A stretch of DNA of 64,000 bases from the NCBI GenBank assembly GCA_025603075.1, contig MU626308.1, positions 1 to 64,000 of the forward strand. The letters run 5' to 3'. The notes under the pieces are model-generated. The model had not been told where the DNA came from. It saw nothing but the letters and a program-made list of their open reading frames with translations, and did not search any database. This document shows positions 37,701 to 49,822 of the stretch, piece by piece (within the stretch, counting starts at the first letter, position 1; every line of letters starts with the position of its first letter). The translations under genes were made by a program, and so were the position numbers. The DNA comes from Neoconidiobolus thromboides FSU 785. Lineage: Eukaryota; Fungi; Entomophthoromycota.

Positions 37701-38907
37701 TTATTCTTGGGTAATATCAAAGCCATTATTATGGTTGATACTTGACATTGGATTTGGTGGTTGCTGGTTTGTATCTGAAGAAATAATACTCATACATTTC
37801 CAATCTACTCCATGACTAGCTAAAAATAAATTTAATAAAATTAAACTATTGATGTTTTATTTTATCAATACCTTTATACAGCAACACCTTACCATCATCG
37901 CCTGAAGATGCTAAAATAGTGCCTAAAATATTAAACTCTACCTTCCATACTTCCATACTATGTTCACTAAAACTTGCAATAATATCAATCTCATAATTAA
38001 GTGTACTTTCTGAGTTGGAAGCATAATAAGTTGGATCAAAAAGTTTAAAAAGTCGTACTTTTGTGTCTTTACTGCCAGTAGCTATTAACTCGAACGACCT
38101 ACCAAAGTTAGGTGCCCAACTTACAGAATGAACTGGCCCTTCATGGTCAAATAATTTTTCTTTAAATTGAAACTTACCATTCGTTGACTGGTCGCTTCTA
38201 AGCAGTTTAACACAGTTGTCTGGACCACAACCAACTGCTATTTGTGGGGAACAAAACTTTGAGTGACACCAAGCTAAACAAAGCCCTTCTTGAAATCCTT
38301 CTTTATTGGTTGGTATATTTTCGATGGGTATCTCTTCCATACAACTCCAGTTATTTAAGTTGATGACATCCATAGCTTCATAGATCCTAACATAACCATC
38401 ACAGGAAACAGTTGCCTATTTATAAGCAATTGATAATAATATTAAATGTCTATTACCAATTTTAATCCTAAATGAGATGGCGCAAACTGAATATCCATTA
38501 CTGGGCCTCTTGACTCTATTAACTTAGCTCTTTCTACCCATCTCTTATTATTCGTTGTTCCAGATAAATTATTATAATTATGTTCCACTAAAGTCTCCTC
38601 AAATATTCTAACAGTTCTATCTGCTGAACAAGAAGCTATAATGGTACCAAACTCAGGATGAGCCCAGCATACTTTTAATATGGTTGCTTCATGTGCCTAA
38701 ATATTAATGATTTAAATTAATAATAAATAAAACTACTACTTTCCAGCTTTCAGATAACACCCAAGATAACTTTGTTGAATTAAAAGAGTAAACTTTAATC
38801 TTTTGATCTGTTGAACAAGACGCTAATTTAGTCCCATAAAAATCATAGCTTAGTGAATGTACCAAATCGTCATGGTTTGGCTCAAATCTTGATATTTGTT
38901 TCATCAT
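37701..38907 (-). CDS. SEH1: WD40 nucleoporin/GATOR2 subunit Seh1, multi-exon
   Basis: HDDLVHSLSYDFYGTKLASCSTDQKIKV, WAHPEFG, FAPSHLGLK, WAPNFGRSFELIATG, ILASSGDDG. Confidence 0.92.
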
Positions 38908-39134
38908 TTTGTTTTTTTTTGAAATAAAATTAGCTCTTTTTTTTTTGGTTTTTAAAATATAAATTCATGATAAATAATGACAAAAACAAATTGTATTTAA
39001 CAAATTCGTTAAATATCATTATTTGAATATTTAAAAAGATATTATAATAAATTAATGATTTTTAGTTGTAAATATTATTTTTTAAAATTATTTTTTATTC
39101 AACGTTTATTTTAATCAAGTTTTAAAATATAAAA

Positions 39135-41531
39135 TTAGTATTTACGCTCAAATGGAGGTACAGATTTGCATTCATTTTCATCTAAAGTATTTGCTTGGAC
39201 TCCACGGTATTCTAATTCTACTTTACCAGTCTCTGGATCTTGACGAGAAATGGTATGTTTCATCCATTCAACATCATCACGTTTCTATAAAAATTAATAT
39301 AAAAATTATTATTATAGTTATGTATAACATACCTGGAAATCTTCACGGGCATGAGCACCTCTTGATTCTTTACGAGCGGCAGCTGAAATCATAGTTTGAC
39401 AAGCATTTGTAAGTAAATTCTTGAGTTCCCATGTCTCAACCAAATCAGTATTCCAAATCATTGTACGATCTGTTACTTTAACATCTTTAAATAATTCATT
39501 GACCTTCATTATGTTAACTGAACCTTCATCAAGAGATTCTTGAGTACGGAAAACAGCAGCATCCCTTTGCATAGTCTTTTGCATTTTAAGGCGGATATCA
39601 GCAGTGCTGTGTTTACCATCAGCCATACGAAGCTTATGAAGTTCAGATATAGTTTCAGCGCCAGCAGTAGGTGAAAGTGGTTTATGTGGTTTACCTGGTT
39701 TATTGTTTTCAGCGATGTGAAGGGCACAGGCACGTCCAAAGACAACAATATCAAGCAAAGAGTTAGCACCAAGACGATTAGCACCATGGACTGATACACA
39801 TCCAGCTTCACCAGCAGCGTATAAACCAGGGACAATAGTATCTTTACCGTTCTAATATATGTAATTCAATTATTATTCTACAATATTATATATTAATTTT
39901 ACCTTATGATCAATTACTTCACCAGTGTAAAGGGTAGGGATACCACCCATGTTATAATGGACAGTTGGGATGACTGGAATTGGTTCTTTAGTAACATCAA
40001 CACCAGCGAAAATAGCAGCAGTTTCTGAAATACCAGGGAGACGTTCACGAAGAATTTCAGCAGGTAAATGGGAAAGTTGGAGGTAAATATGATCACCTTC
40101 AGGTCCAACACCACGACCATCACGGATTTCCATTGTCATTGAACGTGATACAACGTCACGAGAAGCAAGATCCTTAGCGGTTGGAGCATAACGTGTCATG
40201 AATCGTTCTCCTTCACTGTTGAGAAGATAACCTCCTTCACCACGAGAGCCTAAATTTACAATTAAAATTATTATCAAATATATGAAATAAATTAATACCC
40301 TCAGTGATTAAACATCCAGATCCATAAATACCGGTAGGGTGAAATTGAACAAATTCAAGATCTTGAAGTGGAAGACCAGCACGTGCAACCATAGCATTAC
40401 CATCACCAGTACAGGTATGAGCAGAAGTACAAGAAAAGTAAGCACGACCGTAACCACCAGTAGCAAGTACAGTTTGATGAGATTGGAAACGATGAAGAGT
40501 ACCGTCTTCCATATTTAAAGCAATAACACCTTTACATTCACCATCTTCCATGATTAAATCTAAAGCAAAGTATTCAATGAAGTAAGTGGTATCATAACGT
40601 AAAGATTGTCCATATAATGTATGCAAAATAGCATGACCAGTTCTATCGGCTACAGCACAGCAACGATGAGCTTGTCCACCTAATTATTTTATTATTAGTT
40701 AAATATAATAGTTTTGTCATAGCTCTACCTTTTCCATAATCTAAACTTTGACCACCAAAAGCACGCTGATAGACTTTGCCTTCTTCAGTACGAGAAAAAG
40801 GTACACCATAATGTTCAAGTTCGATAACAGTGTTAGGTGCTTCACGACACATATAATGAATAGCGTCTTGGTCACCTAATTTGTTTTGATATATGAAATC
40901 TTGATAAATAATAGAAGTTACCTAACCAATCAGAGCCTTTAACAGTATCATACATATGCCATCTCCAGTCATCTTTTCCCATATTTCCTAAAGCAGCATT
41001 AATACCACCCTTTAAATTGTAAGTAAGTTTGATAGTAATAATGGTAATTTAGATTACTTGGGCAGCTACAGTATGTGAGCGAGTAGGGAAGAGTTTAGTA
41101 ATACATGCGGTTTTAAAACCAGCTTCAGCTAAACCAAAAGCAGCACGTAAACCAGCACCACCAGCACCAACCACTACAGCATCATACTGATGATCAATAA
41201 TTGGATAATCTTTTAATAAAGACTAAAAGAATAAGTTTATTACTTTGGATTTGTTGTACATTTAATAGAAATTACTTCTGCTGACTTTGCATTTAATGGC
41301 TGTGAGCCAAAAATCTTATATGATGTTGAGGAGTTATGAAACCCAGAAGCTTTAATTAAAGACTCTATACAGTGCTATTAGTCGATCATTTTAAAAAAAA
41401 TAAAAACTACTTACTTTGAGACTATTGAATATAATAATTAAATTAGTTGTTGTTAGTTAATAACAAGTATAATTATATATAACATATATACTTACTTTTA
41501 AACAAAATTTCTTTGATAGTGTTCTAATCAT
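39135..41531 (-). CDS. SDH1: Succinate dehydrogenase flavoprotein subunit, about 10 exons including a 7-nt microexon
   Basis: [24 protein letters not shown]|[36 protein letters not shown]. Confidence 0.97.
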
Positions 41532-41565
41532 TCTAATAAAATAATAATTAGTTTATCGTACAAAT

Positions 41566-41799
41566 CCAATATATAGTCAATTACTTTATGGTCAAATAAA
41601 CCCACAAGTAACTTGAAGAATTGAATTAGCAATTATTTGATGTCAATACTTTAAATGTTTCCTCCAATCACCCATTTAATCTTATCAGGATTAGATCGAT
41701 AATCTAAGAATTAGGCCTAAATTGATTGGCTAACATCGAATCCTAATTTTGCGATTTTACTAGCTGTAACTTACTCCGATTTGCGTAAATCGAACCAAT
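41566..41799. promoter_or_regulatory. Cluster of four CCAAT boxes upstream of SDH1
   Basis: CCAAT at 41566, 41664 and 41795, and ATTGG at 41725; CCAAT-binding (Hap) control of respiratory genes is established in other fungi. Confidence 0.45.
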
Positions 41800-42159
41800 G
41801 TTGAATATTTAACCTATTTATTTTAATAGTTGTATTTAAATAAAATGTTAAATAATATTGCAATCAATTTCAAATGTCAATAGTAAATCAAAATAATGGT
41901 TTACTTTCTATTTACTTGTAAAGTATTGATACAGATAGTATGATTGAATTATTTCAATATAAAAACTAAAAATTTGTAAAGTGAGTATTCTTAAATCATA
42001 TATAAATTAGTTGTTAAAAAGTTATTCTAGTTATTAGTTGTAATCTTCATTTGAAGCTGTTACTTTCACCTGATCAAGACTATTTAAATATATTTACATA
42101 GCATTATAAATTAAATAAGTATATATAAAAACAAGGTTATACTATTACAATTATTTATT

Positions 42160-43572
42160 CTAAAATGAAGAATGAATAAGGATCTGATCATAACATATAT
42201 TAGCTATAGGACCCATTTCTAAAAAGTTTAGAATAGGAATCAAAACGATGTTAAAGCTAATTGGAGGTGTAATCATGCAAAGATACAATGAAAGGGCCAT
42301 AGTTGGACCAAAAGTTAACCAATTTTCAGTAAGGTGATATTTGTTTAACCAGAAAGCTATTTTTTCAATTTTACTGTGAATTAAATTTAAGTTAAGGGTA
42401 GGATGGAATTGTTTAATTCGGTTTAAAGCATATTCAGAAAGATAGGGTATTTGTTTTTCTTCGGTAGTATCCAACATGAATCTAAGATAATTTAGTGGTA
42501 TGTTTTTTATTTTAGCTCGTGTAATATCAACCAAATGAAATAACTGTTTATATGTTGTATAAATCCTTTTAGGATTAGCTTGAGCTTGTTGAATTACAAT
42601 TAGAGATTCAAACTTAGAAACTGGAAAATAAACTTTGAAGGGGGTAACATTGTTTTCCTGAATTAAAGCTTTAAACTGAATATCATCAAATGAATAACAT
42701 ACTGCCTTTTCATCCAAACAAGTCCCAAGAGTAAAGGATACTAATAGTAAATTATGCCATATTTTTTTATAGAGAGAAAGCTGAGTGTTGTTTTTGACAT
42801 TAAATTCCACCTCACTTGAACTTAATTTATACAATTCTAAAGTTTGTGCGTAATTGATAGCTGCTGATAATCTAGCTTTAAATTTAAAAATATGATTGTA
42901 TGAAAGTTCATAAAAAGCTAACAAAACTAGTGTTAATAAATTCTCAAAGGTTTGCATTAAATATAGGCTGGACACTTCCTTTTTAAGCCTTTGATAAACC
43001 CATTGACTTCCTTGTTGGTTCTTTTTACTACCAAACCTTAAAAAAATTAATAAAAATGCTAGTTTTAAATTATTATTCCCTTTATTTTTGAATATAGAAG
43101 TTAAATAACAAGTATTACTCCAAAACATAAACGGATCTGTCTTTTTAAAGTAATGCATAATTTCCGATTCAATAAAACTTCCATTAAAGCCAAGAATATT
43201 TAGTTCACATTCTTTTTTTAATATAATATCAGAATTGAGAAAATGTTGACATGTAGTTTCATTCCAATCTTTGATAAACTTGGAAGTAATAATATTTATT
43301 TTATTACTATTATCATTAAGTGTATTACTATCCTTTAATACTGATATAACCCATACTAAATAGTTGTAAAGATTGCTATGGTTGTTTCTATGATTATCCT
43401 CTCTTGATTGATTTCCGTTAACGTCGCTAATTAGTTTCAATTTTAGTAAATAGTTTTCAATTAGTTGAATCTTGTCAAACATCACCTCCATCCTACTTTT
43501 TTGATTCTTTAGCTTGACTCGGCCTCGTTTAAACGGCAGATTAGGATTATATTCCACTATAGTATATTCCAT
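42160..43572 (-). CDS. Fungal-specific transcription factor middle-homology (Fungal_trans-like) protein; no Zn2Cys6 cluster seen
   Basis: ENLLTLVLLAFYEL...LSAAINYAQTLELY...LYKKIWHNLLLVS pattern; KRGR near the N-terminus. Confidence 0.65.
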   Translation of the reverse strand: MEYTIVEYNPNLPFKRGRVKLKNQKSRMEVMFDKIQLIENYLLKLKLISDVNGNQSREDNHRNNHSNLYNYLVWVISVLKDSNTLNDNSNKINIITSKFIKDWNETTCQHFLNSDIILKKECELNILGFNGSFIESEIMHYFKKTDPFMFWSNTCYLTSIFKNKGNNNLKLAFLLIFLRFGSKKNQQGSQWVYQRLKKEVSSLYLMQTFENLLTLVLLAFYELSYNHIFKFKARLSAAINYAQTLELYKLSSSEVEFNVKNNTQLSLYKKIWHNLLLVSFTLGTCLDEKAVCYSFDDIQFKALIQENNVTPFKVYFPVSKFESLIVIQQAQANPKRIYTTYKQLFHLVDITRAKIKNIPLNYLRFMLDTTEEKQIPYLSEYALNRIKQFHPTLNLNLIHSKIEKIAFWLNKYHLTENWLTFGPTMALSLYLCMITPPISFNIVLIPILNFLEMGPIANICYDQILIHSSF

Positions 43573-44801
43573 TACAATTTAAAATTTTGATGTGAATAGT
43601 TTAAAATTTGTTTAAAAACAAATCACTATAGCTTAAGTTTAATTTAATTTGACTGGTTTTAAATAGTAAAAAAGCGATAGCTATCCTATAATCTCTTCAA
43701 ATTATGTGTTATTTAATTTTTATAACTTGATTGATACTAGATAATTAATCCCCATAGCCCAATATACCTCAAATCTATTGTTTGTTAAACTATATTAAAT
43801 ATTATTGAAATTTTGACTATGATTACTATTATAAACTAATTCTAAACACTTCATAATTTTATTTTATTAAATCAAATTAGATCAAAAATCAATTATTGAG
43901 CTTTAATCTTCAACATGAAATTGATCATTTAAAATTACTAGAAATTTCCAAATTTAAATTTAAATATATAATATTGAAATATAAAGATTGACCTATATAT
44001 TTTAATCAATATTTATTATGTAGTTTAATAAATAGTAGATTTGAAATTCATATATTATATAGACCAAGAAATTTATTTAATAATTGACCAAGTTGTTATG
44101 AAAAATCAGAATTTGAAATGAACAAAAGATTAATACTACTTATTTATATGGGCATGCTTTTGTATTTCAAACATTTATCTAATATTTATTAAATTTTAAA
44201 TTCCTTAAAAAATGAAAATATTATGGTAAGAGTATTATTATTGAACATTTGGTATTTGAGAAATAAAAGCTTTAAATATAGTTTAAGTAATTATACTAAA
44301 ATGAAATTTAAATGAACTTTTGTTTGATGTTTCTTCATTTCATTTTGTTTATTGATCAAATGAATATAACTTGATATTCTTTAACTGTAAACTATGAGAA
44401 AAAATATACTATAAATGGTATTTAGAGCAATATAGTACAATATAATAAGCTTTCCTATATTAGATTTAAATACAAAAAATCTCCTAAAATATTATAAATA
44501 ATGCTTCGAATATATAGATTATGAATATTCAAACTATTAATCTATAATTATGCTTTTGGCCTATACTCATCAAATTAGTTGATTTGTTTTTGTAAACAAT
44601 TCTCAAAAACTTCAATTCTTCGACCTTCGTAATATTTATTGACATTGGTAGTTTGTTATAACTTAATAAAAATCTACTTAACAATATTAAACGGTTAAAT
44701 AATTTTAACATTTACATTCACTATTAACTTTTTTTTAATTAAATTCGACAATTCCAATTCAAACATATTTATTTTAAATATCGAGAATCCTATTAATTTA
44801 T

Positions 44802-45306
<505 letters not shown>

Positions 45307-45614
45307 TCAATTAGATTTCTGACTAGTAATTTTCCATCTATTTTATGTCATCTCTTTTTTATAAATCCTTTGTTTCATCTCTTTGTTAATACTTTTGGAT
45401 TTTATATTGGATGCTTTTATTAATACTATGACCTACCTTCAACCTGTCACTGTTATTTCTGGGAAGTGAAAGAATTCTCCTTAATCGGCTACCCATATTT
45501 AAAATTCAGAAAAATACAAAATTTGGATTTTAAATTATTATGGGAATTATTAGCTTTTTGACTTATTTGATGATTTAACTTTTTAAAATTATCTTTCTTA
45601 ATTTATTAATTTAA

Positions 45615-46795
45615 ATGAAACGGATTCAAATAGTACGAGCAAAAAATACACATATTCAAACGCAATCCGCATTGATTATATCCTTTTAAAGCCTAAACCA
45701 TTATTGATAATTAATATCTTTAACTTTATATACGCTACAAATATTCAACAACCCAAAAGATTTAAAAAGGCAGATGTGACTGAAGTTAACAATTCAAAAT
45801 CTGAAAATGAATGTGAACTTAGTAATTATTTTTTATTTATAATTATAAAAAGACTATCTTAAAAAAAAGTCTTAGAGAAATTGAAGTTACTAGCTAATAC
45901 AAATGATGAGATGAAAATGAAAAATTTTAAAGTTTTATTTTTAAAGTTTTTAAACTACCCTGAATTTAAAGTAGGATAATTTATTATGAACATACATCAA
46001 GTTATATTTTTGTAGAACTATTTAACAGAACTTAAATGGGAATCTATGGATGAAGAAATTGTTTTGGAGGCATGTCAATTATTTTTAGATAAGGCTGAAC
46101 TTTCTAACTTTGAGTATGAAAGTTTAATTACTACAATTCTATTACCAAAAGTAATTTGATTTAAAAATGTACTTGATCTAAACTAAACTTTAAAAGTTTT
46201 TTAAACAAGTGATGTATCCTAGGGATTTAATTCATTGTTTAAATCAGTTCTTTAATCAACGACCACTATGTTCAATTAATGGTATCATTCTTCCTATGAT
46301 CCTTAATAAAAAATTGAGTAATATAATTTCGAGTGTTTGGCTAAATTTCATCTAATTTTCTTTAGATGAACAAACATTTGATATCATAAGTAAAGCAATG
46401 ACACTCGCATATAATGAATCTCATTTTGAAAAGCTTATTGAGTAATATTTTTTATATTTGAAATTTTATATTAACACGAATAAAGAGAGATTACTCATTG
46501 CGGAAGTGATAAGGTTAGGATTACCGATGATATAATATTATCGTTATTTCAATTCATATTAATGAAGCTAAATTATAAATTAAACTCAAAGGCTAGCTTA
46601 GGCTTATTAAACTTAATAGTTGATGAGTCATTGCAAATCAATAAGAATATTAAGCTTTCCAATTTACTTTTATCCATTCTAAAAAATGCCTTATTTAAGC
46701 TAAGTGAGGAGCTTAAAATTAAAGTGGTCAATATTGTTAACAAAAATCAAACTTATCTTAAAAGATCTCTTTTAAAAGAAATTAATAAATATTAA
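45615..46795 (+). CDS. FANCE C-terminal-domain-like protein, 7 exons, 295 aa; first intron is AT-AC
   Basis: Exons 45615-45677, 45734-45821, 45876-45970, 46016-46150, 46197-46317, 46366-46441, 46486-46795 sum to 888 nt without a stop. The C-terminus NKNIKLSNLLLSILK...NKNQTYLKRSLLKEI resembles the FANCE end. Confidence 0.7.
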
Positions 46796-46996
46796 TTATA
46801 ATTATTTAAGCATTTTTATCTTTAAATTTTACTCCTTCTAAAATATATTTAAACAGATTTATTAAAGCTACATATTTTATTAACATAATAATTTTATCAC
46901 ATACTCAATCTCAATAATAATACATAGGTTCACAAGGATGAAGTTAAACAGTGGGATGGATACTTTAATAAAAGGTTACAGTTTTCATAACTACTA

Positions 46997-47228
46997 TTAC
47001 AATTTTTTTGGACAACAAGTGGACGTTTTTCCTTCATCTAAGATTTTTTTGCAACACTCTCTTAAAGCAGTAATATATTCTTGACACTTAGCTTCTTGAT
47101 ATTGTTTATTTTGTAAACAAGTTTGTAATTGACAAGCTTCTTTTTGACACAAATTTTTATTGGATTTCTAATACTAGTTATATTCATTAATCAAATTTTA
47201 TATTGTTAATAGTTATTACCTCAGACAT
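46997..47228 (-). CDS. CMC4: Cx9C-motif mitochondrial protein Cmc4 (p8MTCP1-like), 2 exons; not in the ORF track
   Basis: MSE|KSNKNLCQKEACQLQTCLQNKQYQEAKCQEYITALRECCKK...CCPKKL*. Confidence 0.85.
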
Positions 47229-48009
47229 CTTTATCTTAATACAATTTTAAAGAAAGAACTTTTATCAATTATTGACGCTTTATTTTATACTATTTATGAT
47301 TTCATTCTAACAGTAAAACTCCATAATAGCCTTAATTTAATTCCAAAAAAATTCCTGTTTTTTCTAACTCAATTGAACTTAAAATTATCATCATTTTTGC
47401 ATTATTAATTTGGGCAGATCCTTTAGTTTAATTTTGATTGAAAAATTAATCCAAGAAATTATTAAAATTGCAATTTTTAAGGGATTTCTTTAAGACGTGA
47501 ACTCAAGAAAATCTACTTTTTATGACATCAGATAGAGGCACCCATAACTTATTGGATAAACTATCAAAATTTTCTTTCCCCAAACTAGAAAAGAAAGCAA
47601 TATTATTGGTTATTACATTCAAATCACCCATTTTTCCTAATTTTAAACCGAAAAAATAACGTGACTTAAATATCATTAATGTTTAAAGATAAGTCGGAGA
47701 CGACTACCTTTAGTTTATTGTTATAAAACTAAACTTAGGTATTTTATTATGCTTAATAGGATTTAAAAGCTTATAACTGATATTGAAAGTTTGATTTGAT
47801 AAAATATTAGCTACATATTTAAAAAGTTAAATAATTAACCATCCAAAAAAATATATAGTAAAATAAACGGTGATAGTAGGCGAATCAGATAACCAAATGC
47901 AAATTCCATACTCCGAGTATGATTGGTTAATTTAGAATTCATTAGATTATGAAAAAAATATAAAAGATGAAATATCAAAAACGAAACGTTTTTTTTAATA
48001 TAAAATTAA

Positions 48010-49536
48010 ATGACTCGTTTAGTTTCTTTATTTAAGGTAACATCTCCTTTACAATTATTGTACTTAATTTATCTTTATAATTAGAATTGCGCTACCCGCT
48101 CTGCTATCCCATCTCGTTTTTATTCTTCTGCCTCTGCTTCAGTGAGTTTATATTTAACTTATATTTATAATAACTAATCATACATTAGGGCTTAAAAGAT
48201 AGACTCGCTGAAATTATCCCTGAAAAACAAGCTGAAGTAAAGCATGTTAAAGCTGAGTATGGATCCAAATCCTTAGGTGAAGTTACTGTAGATATGGTAA
48301 GTTAAGTTATAATTTATTTAAATAAATATTAATAAAATATAGGCCTATGGTGGTATGCGTGGTATCAAAGGTATGATCTGGGAAGGTTCAGTATTAGATG
48401 CTGAAGAAGGTATTAGATTCCGTGGTTATACCATCCCAGAATGCCAACAAAAACTTCCAGCTGCTGAAGGTGGTTCTGAACCATTACCAGAATCTCTTTT
48501 CTGGTTATTATTAACCGGTGAAGTACCAACTGCTTCTCAAACTCGTGCTCTTTCTAAAGAATGGGCTGCTCGTTCTGAAATCCCAAAATTTGTTGAAGAA
48601 CTTATTGATTCTTTACCAAAAACTTTACACCCAATGTCTCAATTCTCCCTTGCTATCACTGCTCTCCAACATGATAGTAAATTTGCTAAAGCTTATCAAC
48701 AAGGTATCCATAAATCTAAATATTGGGATTTTGCTTATGAAGATTCTATGGATCTTATTGCTAAACTTCCAAATGTTGCTGGTCGTATTTACCAAAATGT
48801 TTATAAGAATGGCAAATTAGCTGAAATTGATCTTGATGCTGATTATGGTCACAATTTAGCTAAACTTTTAGGTTTCTCTCAAAACAAAGATTTTGTTGAA
48901 CTTATGCGTTTATACTTAACCATTCATAGTGATCATGAAGGTGGTAATGTATCTGCTCATACTACTCATTTAGTTGGTTCCGCTCTTTCTGATCCTTACC
49001 TTTCTTTCGCTTCTGGTCTTAATGGTTTAGCTGGTCCACTTCATGGTCTCGCTAACCAAGAAGTTCTCCGTTGGACTCAAAAGATGCAAGCTCAAGTTGG
49101 TAATGATGCCAGTGATGAAACTATTAAGGATTATATTTGGTCTACCCTTAAATCTGGTCAAGTTGTACCAGGTTATGGTCATGCCGTTTTACGTAAAACT
49201 GATCCAAGATACACTTGTCAACGTGAATTTGCTCTTAAACATTTACCAGAAGACCCAATGTTCCAATTAGTTAGCAAACTTTATAACTTAGTACCAGGTA
49301 TTTTAACTGAACATGGTAAAACTAAGAACCCATGGCCAAATGTTGATGCCCATTCCGGTGTCTTATTACAACATTATGGACTTGTTGAACAAGATTATTA
49401 TACCGTATTATTTGGTGTATCACGTGCTCTTGGTGTATTATCTCAACTTATTTGGGATCGTGCTTTAGGTTTACCACTTGAACGTCCAAAATCTCTTTCT
49501 ACTGAAGCCTTACTTAAATTGGTTAAAAAGAACTAA
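48010..49536 (+). CDS. CIT1: Mitochondrial citrate synthase, 4 exons
   Basis: [61 protein letters not shown]. Confidence 0.97.
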
Positions 49537-49822
49537 TCTATCTAAATGAAAATCTAATTATAAGATAAATAAATCACTCTTTTGTATAAAATAAATGTAC
49601 AAAAAAAATTAGACTTTTAAAACAAAAATTAAAAATCAAAATATTTAATTAACTAATAAAAATATAATGTATTAAGTATTAAAGATTCATTCAAAAAAAT
49701 AATTATAATAGAATAATAGAATATAAGTTTGTAAATTTATAAAATATAAATCAAATTTAAATTTAAAAAAATCAAATAAAATTTATTATTTATTTTATAT
49801 AAATTTCAATATAATCTTAAAA

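Noticed and set aside
43600-44711. Possible relic or upstream Zn-cluster exon of the Fungal_trans gene
   Set aside because: All frames are interrupted by stops and no Cys6 pattern was found.
47490-47510. In-frame TGA read as selenocysteine in the ORF upstream of CMC4
   Set aside because: No redox motif context, no SECIS-like element seen, and the extended product resembles no selenoprotein family.
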